This document shows positions 33,737-37,926 of a DNA stretch of 37,926 nt, piece by piece. This DNA is from Planctomycetaceae bacterium (GTDB lineage: Bacteria > Planctomycetota > Planctomycetia > Pirellulales > UBA1268). The notes beneath the pieces were generated by a model. That model had not been told where the DNA came from. It did not search any database and saw only the letters and a list, made by a program, of their open reading frames with translations. Made by a program: the position numbers and the translations under genes. Numbering within the stretch: the stretch's first letter is position 1; each line of letters opens with the position of its first letter. The stretch covers positions 1 through 37,926 of the forward strand of contig JBJTJO010000123.1 in assembly GCA_046095965.1 (NCBI GenBank). The letters run 5' to 3'.

Positions 33737-34381
33737 TCACGCCTCCGGCTGGAGCAGGCTCCGCAGCCGGCGCATGGCCCGCAGGTAGCGCATCCCGGCC
33801 GCGGGCGTGGAGATCCCCAGGGCGTCCGCCGCCTCGGCGGTGGACAGGTGCTCGAAGTGCTTGAGGAGCACGATCCGCCGGTCGGGTTCGTCGAGCGCAT
33901 CGACGGCGGCGGCGAACCGCCGTTCGAGTTCGTGCCAGGTCGCGGCGGCGGCCGGGGTGAGTTCGCGGTCGGTCAGATCGGCCGCCGGGCCGGCCCGGGA
34001 GTCGTCGGAGTCGGCGCCGCCGAGCGGCACCTCGCGGTCGAGGCTGCGGACGCCCGCCACGCGATGCCGCCGGTGGGCGTCGATGAGCCGGTCGCGGGCC
34101 ATGTGCCGCAGCCACAGTCCGAACGGCATCGTGGGGTTGGCGAGGTAGTCGCGGAGCCGCCGGTTGGCCTCGACGAGCACGTCCTGGACGATGTCGCTCG
34201 CATCGACCCGGCGCTGCACAACGCGGTCCATCCGGCGGTCGATGAGCCGCCGGATGGCGTCGCGGTGGCGGGCCAGGAGGCGGTCGATGGCGGAGCCGTC
34301 GCCACGCCGCACCTGGTCCAAGAGGGCCACCGTCGGGGACGGATCCCCGGCGCCGCGTCCGGGGTCGGCGGTGCTGGTCAT
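33737..34381 (-). CDS. ECF-type RNA polymerase sigma-70 family factor
   Basis: Uses the inner ATG at 34381 (codon 56 of ORF 33737..34546). Region 2 is DASDIVQDVLVEANRRL ... FGLWLRHMARDRLIDAHR. Region 4 is LDEPDRRIVLLKHFEHLSTAEAADALGISTPAAGMRYLRAMRRL. No anti-sigma gene is adjacent; the next gene, 58 nt downstream, is the kinase. Confidence 0.85.
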   Translation of the reverse strand: MTSTADPGRGAGDPSPTVALLDQVRRGDGSAIDRLLARHRDAIRRLIDRRMDRVVQRRVDASDIVQDVLVEANRRLRDYLANPTMPFGLWLRHMARDRLIDAHRRHRVAGVRSLDREVPLGGADSDDSRAGPAADLTDRELTPAAAATWHELERRFAAAVDALDEPDRRIVLLKHFEHLSTAEAADALGISTPAAGMRYLRAMRRLRSLLQPEA

Positions 34382-34480
34382 GGGGTCGGATTGGCCGGTG
34401 GTGCGAGACCTCCATCGTACCAACGTGTCGCCCCGGCGCGGTGGTGACGGTCGGGGTGGGATTTTCGACGGCGCCCGGGC

Positions 34481-34510
34481 CACGGCCAAAAATTTTCGCG
34501 TTTCCTCACG
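34481..34510 (-). promoter_or_regulatory. candidate ECF-type promoter (minus strand: TGAGGAAAC-N15-CGTG) about 100 nt upstream of the sigma gene
   Basis: The minus strand reads cgTGAGGAAACgcgaaaatttttggcCGTG. An AAC...CGT pair at about this spacing resembles ECF promoters, and the spacer is unusually AT-rich for this genome. The resemblance is weak. Confidence 0.2.
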
Positions 34511-34620
34511 CGCCGGCGTTTTGCCCGCGCGCCCGGCGTGATCCATAATCGACGGCGGTCATCGGACGGACCGCTGTCGCCGCGACAGGACGCGGCCCCC
34601 CCGGCGATCGGATCGCTCCA

Positions 34621-36279
34621 GTGACTGGCGTCTCGCTCCCGACGTCGTTTCGCCTGCGGCTCTGCGCCGCGGCCACCCTCGCCCTGGCGGCGGTCACGGG
34701 CCGCCCCGCCGCGGCCCAGTCCCACGCCGACGACCTCGCCGTCCGCGCCGAGTCGCTCGCCCTCGAGGGCCGCTGGGCGGATCTCGTCAGCATCTGCGAG
34801 ACGGCCGCCCGCAAGGGGGCGCTGGCGCCCGCGCTCCGGGAGCGCTACGACCTCGCCAAACTCCACTGCGACGTCGCCCGTCGGCACGCCGAACCGGCTT
34901 TCCGTCGGCAGGTCGCCGACCTCTCCGAGGCCGACGCCCGCCGCGTCTACGGCGAGGTGCTGGGGCGGATCGGCTCGCACCACGTCGAGACCCCCGACTT
35001 CGCCCGGCTCGCGGCCCGGGGCCGCCGGGCCGTCGATGTCGCCCTCGACGAGCCGGCCTTCGTGGCGCTCCACGCGCCGCAGGCCACGGCGGATCGCCGG
35101 GCGCTCTACGCGGACCAGGTCGCCCGGATCGCCGCCGCGCGGCCCGTCGCCACGCAGGCCGACGCCGAGGCCAGTGCCGCCTGGATCGCCCGGGCGGCCC
35201 ACTCGCTCCTCGGCGTGGCCCCCGCCGTGACACTCCTGGAGATGTCCGCGGCCGCCGTCGGGGGTCTCGACGAGTACTCCGCGTTCCTCACGAACGGTCA
35301 GCTCGACGACCTCCACGCGCAGATCGATGGGCGGTTCGTCGGTCTCGGCGTGGAGCTCAAGACCGCGGCCGACGGCCTGCTTGTGGTGCACGTGATCCCC
35401 GGCAGCCCCGCGGAGCGGTCGGGCATCCGCGCCGGCGACCACCTCGTGGGGGTCGGGGGCCGGCAGATCGGCGGCCTGGGCGTGGACGAGGCCGCGCAGC
35501 TCCTCCAGGGCCCCGAGGGATCGCTCGTCACGCTCGCCATCCTCCGCGGTCCCGGCCCCGCGCGGGCCGTCACCGTCCGCCGCGAGCACGTGGATGTGCC
35601 GAGCATCGAGCAGGCCCGCGTCCTCGATCCGGCCTCCGGCGTCGCGACGCTCAAGCTCACGTCGTTCCAGAAGGGCACGGCCGCCGAGCTCGACGCCGCG
35701 CTCAAGCGGCTCGACGCGGCCGGCATGCGGGCGCTGGTCATCGACCTGCGTGGCAACCCCGGCGGCCTGCTCGCGGCCGGCGTGGACGTGGCCGACCTGT
35801 TCCTCGAACGCGGCCTGATCGTCGCCACCCGGGGCCGCAGCCCGGAGGAGGACTTCAACTACTCCGCGGGCCGGCCCGGCACCTGGCGGATGCCGCTCGT
35901 CGTGCTCATCGACGGCGACTCGGCGAGCTCGAGCGAGATCTTCGCTGGCGCGATCCGCGACCACGGCCGCGGCACGATCGTGGGAGCCCGCAGCTACGGC
36001 AAGGGCACGATCCAGGGCATCTTCCCGCTGCAGGCCGCGGGCGTCGGCATGCGGCTGACGACGGCGAAGTTCTTCTCGCCCCGCGGCCTCCCCTACAGCG
36101 GCGTCGGCGTGACGCCCGACGTGCCGCTGCAGATCACGGCCCGGCCGGCGGCTGACGGGTCGTTCGCGGAACCCGCCGGTGACCCGGCCCTCGACGCGGC
36201 CGCCGAGGTGGCCCGCCGGGCTCTCGTGCCCCGGCCGGTCGCCACGCAGCCCGGCGCCCGGACCACGGCCGCGCGGTAG
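34621..36279 (+). CDS. S41 family C-terminal processing (tail-specific) peptidase with PDZ domain
   Basis: The start is a GTG at 34621 (uncertain). The signal peptide is LRLCAAATLALAAVTGRPAAA. The PDZ domain contains GLGVEL...VIPGSPAERSGIRAGDHLV. S41 catalytic motifs are DLRGNPGGLL, DGDSASSSEIFAGA and SYGKGTIQ. Confidence 0.9.
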   Translation: MTGVSLPTSFRLRLCAAATLALAAVTGRPAAAQSHADDLAVRAESLALEGRWADLVSICETAARKGALAPALRERYDLAKLHCDVARRHAEPAFRRQVADLSEADARRVYGEVLGRIGSHHVETPDFARLAARGRRAVDVALDEPAFVALHAPQATADRRALYADQVARIAAARPVATQADAEASAAWIARAAHSLLGVAPAVTLLEMSAAAVGGLDEYSAFLTNGQLDDLHAQIDGRFVGLGVELKTAADGLLVVHVIPGSPAERSGIRAGDHLVGVGGRQIGGLGVDEAAQLLQGPEGSLVTLAILRGPGPARAVTVRREHVDVPSIEQARVLDPASGVATLKLTSFQKGTAAELDAALKRLDAAGMRALVIDLRGNPGGLLAAGVDVADLFLERGLIVATRGRSPEEDFNYSAGRPGTWRMPLVVLIDGDSASSSEIFAGAIRDHGRGTIVGARSYGKGTIQGIFPLQAAGVGMRLTTAKFFSPRGLPYSGVGVTPDVPLQITARPAADGSFAEPAGDPALDAAAEVARRALVPRPVATQPGARTTAAR

Positions 36280-36557
36280 CGGCGGGCCGGGGCTCCACGG
36301 GCGGATCGCGGCGGTCCCTTGAACGGGGCCCGCCGCACCGGTACCCTCCCCTTTGTCGATCGTTCGCGCGTGTCCGCCGTTGAAAACTTTCTTCTGGCTG
36401 CGGCGGCCACCGGGGACGGGTGAGGCGGCATCCGTGCCGCCGGGTCCCGTCCTCGCATGCGACTCGCGTGGGCCTGGCGGATCCCGCGCGGCGAGCGGTC
36501 GAGCCGTGCAGCCATCGTCCGCATCCACGCCCCAGGAACCCCAGGAAGGACCTCGCC

Positions 36558-37926
36558 ATGACATCCGCCCGCTCGAGCGCCATCGCCGCCATCAACAGCT
36601 ACAAGTCCAAGGGCACGAGTTGGAACTTCCGCGAGACGCCCACGAGCGAGATCTTCGGCTCCAACGTCTTCAGCGACGCGGTCATGAAGGACCGGCTGCC
36701 GAAGAGCGTCTACAAGGCGCTGCAGGCCACGATCAAGCAGGGCAAGCCGATCGACCCCTCGATCGCCGACGCCGTCGCTCTCGCGATGAAGGACTGGGCG
36801 ATCGAGAAGGGCGCCACGCACTACGCCCACGTCTTCTACCCGCTCACGGGCCTGACCGCCGAGAAGCACGACAGCTTCCTCACGCCCACCGGCGACGGCG
36901 ACGCGATCGCCGAGTTCTCGGGCAAGGAGCTGATCCAGGGCGAGCCCGACGCCTCGAGCTTCCCGTCGGGCGGCCTCCGCGCCACGTTCGAGGCCCGCGG
37001 CTACACCGCCTGGGATCCGACGAGCCCGGCCTATATCCTCGAGAACCCCAACGGCACCACGCTCTGCATCCCCACGGCCTTCTGCTCGTGGACCGGCGAG
37101 GCGCTCGACAAGAAGACGCCGCTGTTGCGCTCGATGCAGGCGGTGGACAAGCAGGCCCGGCGCGTGCTCGCGCTCTTCGGGCACAAGGACGTGGGCCAGG
37201 TGATGGCCTCGGCCGGCCCCGAGCAGGAATACTTCCTCATCGACCGAAACTTCTTCTTCGCCCGGCCCGACCTGACGATGACCGGCCGGACGCTGTTCGG
37301 CGCCAAGCCGCCGAAGGGCCAGGAGTTCGAGGACCAGTACTTCGGCGCGATTCCCGAGCGGGTGCTGGCCTGCATGATGGAAGGCGAGCGGGAACTGTTC
37401 AAGCTCGGCGTGCCGGTCAAGACTCGGCACAACGAGGTGGCGCCCAGCCAGTACGAGATCGCGCCCATCTATGAGAACGCCAACATCGCCACCGATCACC
37501 AGCACGCGATCATGCAGACGCTGACGCGGGTGGCCCAGAAGTACGGCATGGCCTGCCTGCTGCACGAGAAGCCCTTCGCGGGCATCAACGGCTCCGGCAA
37601 GCACGTCAACTGGTCGCTGGGCTGCAAGCTCGGCAACCTGCTCGAGCCGGGCGAGACGCCGCACGCCAACATGCAGTTCCTCGTCTTCTGCGCCGCCGTG
37701 AGCCGCGCGGTCCACAAGCACGGCGACCTGCTGCGGGCCGTCGTCGCCTCCAGCGGCAACGACCACCGGCTCGGCGCCAACGAGGCGCCTCCGGCGATCA
37801 TCTCGATCTTCCTCGGCGAGCAGCTCTCCGACGTGTTCGAGCAGATCGAGAAGGGCAAGGCGACGAGCTCCAAGTCGTCGGGCACGCTGTCGGTCGGCGT
37901 CGACACGCTGCCGCCGCTGCCCAAGC
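36558..37926 (+). CDS. glnN: glutamine synthetase type III, 5' part (continues past the right edge)
   Basis: Absent from the supplied ORF track because there is no stop inside the window. The ATG at 36558 has AGGAAGGA 8 nt upstream. The hand translation [40 protein letters not shown]...[20 protein letters not shown]...[29 protein letters not shown]...EQEYFLIDR...[19 protein letters not shown]...[19 protein letters not shown]...[21 protein letters not shown] closely follows the GSIII sequence pattern known from Bacteroides. Confidence 0.85.
   Translation, partial: MTSARSSAIAAINSYKSKGTSWNFRETPTSEIFGSNVFSDAVMKDRLPKSVYKALQATIKQGKPIDPSIADAVALAMKDWAIEKGATHYAHVFYPLTGLTAEKHDSFLTPTGDGDAIAEFSGKELIQGEPDASSFPSGGLRATFEARGYTAWDPTSPAYILENPNGTTLCIPTAFCSWTGEALDKKTPLLRSMQAVDKQARRVLALFGHKDVGQVMASAGPEQEYFLIDRNFFFARPDLTMTGRTLFGAKPPKGQEFEDQYFGAIPERVLACMMEGERELFKLGVPVKTRHNEVAPSQYEIAPIYENANIATDHQHAIMQTLTRVAQKYGMACLLHEKPFAGINGSGKHVNWSLGCKLGNLLEPGETPHANMQFLVFCAAVSRAVHKHGDLLRAVVASSGNDHRLGANEAPPAIISIFLGEQLSDVFEQIEKGKATSSKSSGTLSVGVDTLPPLPK

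Noticed and set aside
36280-36557. Glutamine riboswitch or sigma-54 (TGGCAC-N5-TTGC) promoter upstream of glnN
   Set aside because: There are only loose resemblances (atcgttcgc; ctggctgcggcgg) and no convincing match to either consensus. An Infernal scan is needed before any claim.
34378-37766. ORFs 34378..36564 (minus, 728 aa), 36093..37766 (minus, 557 aa) and 36353..37474 (plus, 373 aa)
   Set aside because: They are antisense to or out of frame with the S41 peptidase and glnN, both of which carry clear family motifs.
1-37926. Mobile elements, prophage, CRISPR arrays, toxin-antitoxin pairs or known defence systems
   Set aside because: I saw no transposase, integrase or recombinase motifs, no terminal inverted repeats flanking a gene block, no regularly spaced direct repeats, and no compositional island apart from the 50-nt AT-rich promoter-like stretch at 22135..22185.

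Overview
The window is very GC-rich (about 70 percent by eye) and almost entirely coding. Its gene content suggests a Planctomycetota-type chromosome: a BBP7-like outer-membrane barrel, an ECF sigma factor paired with a Ser/Thr kinase, a Tat-exported xylose-isomerase-fold protein, a PQQ-like propeller and a type III glutamine synthetase. I call 33 protein-coding genes. Two are cut by the window edges and are missing from the supplied ORF track; I found them by hand translation: a KS-like gene at 1..656 (minus) and glnN at 36558..37926 (plus). I saw no rRNA, tRNA, CRISPR array, transposase, integrase or phage gene. Stop codons are rare at this GC content, so the ORF track is dominated by long antisense or out-of-frame shadow ORFs. 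I chose frames using recognisable family motifs, third-position GC bias, signal peptides, GGAG-type ribosome-binding sites, and start/stop overlaps (TGATG or ATGA at 4967, 14859, 22992-22995 and 31957-31960). Ordinary content: UDP-xylose synthase, ribBA, a family-5 solute-binding lipoprotein, a sialate-O-acetylesterase-like esterase, a BASS transporter, miaE, an S41 protease, and a coherent pyrimidine nucleoside salvage cluster (nupC, thymidine phosphorylase, upp, cdd). Seven items deserve a second look. (1) A same-strand cluster of exported proteins of unknown function at 9.26-13.9 kb, centred on an 852-aa protein with a TPM-like domain, one TM helix and a long helical region. (2) An operon of ECF sigma, 6-TM Ser/Thr kinase and secreted beta-propeller at 30.7-34.4 kb; the sigma factor reads DASD where ECF sigmas usually carry an acidic DAED patch. 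(3) A bacterial LRAT/PLAAT-like thiol acyltransferase (NCEHF motif) with a hydrophobic C-terminal tail. (4) A TPCP-motif (P1B-5-like) metal ATPase placed 9 nt after miaE. (5) A thymidine phosphorylase ORF with no stop at the expected end, which runs 391 nt into nupC just past a G9 homopolymer. (6) A small Lys/Ala-rich, histone-H1-like protein behind the only AT-rich island in the window. (7) An orphan flavin-dependent-halogenase-like gene. All functional calls rest on motif recognition by eye; no database search was run.
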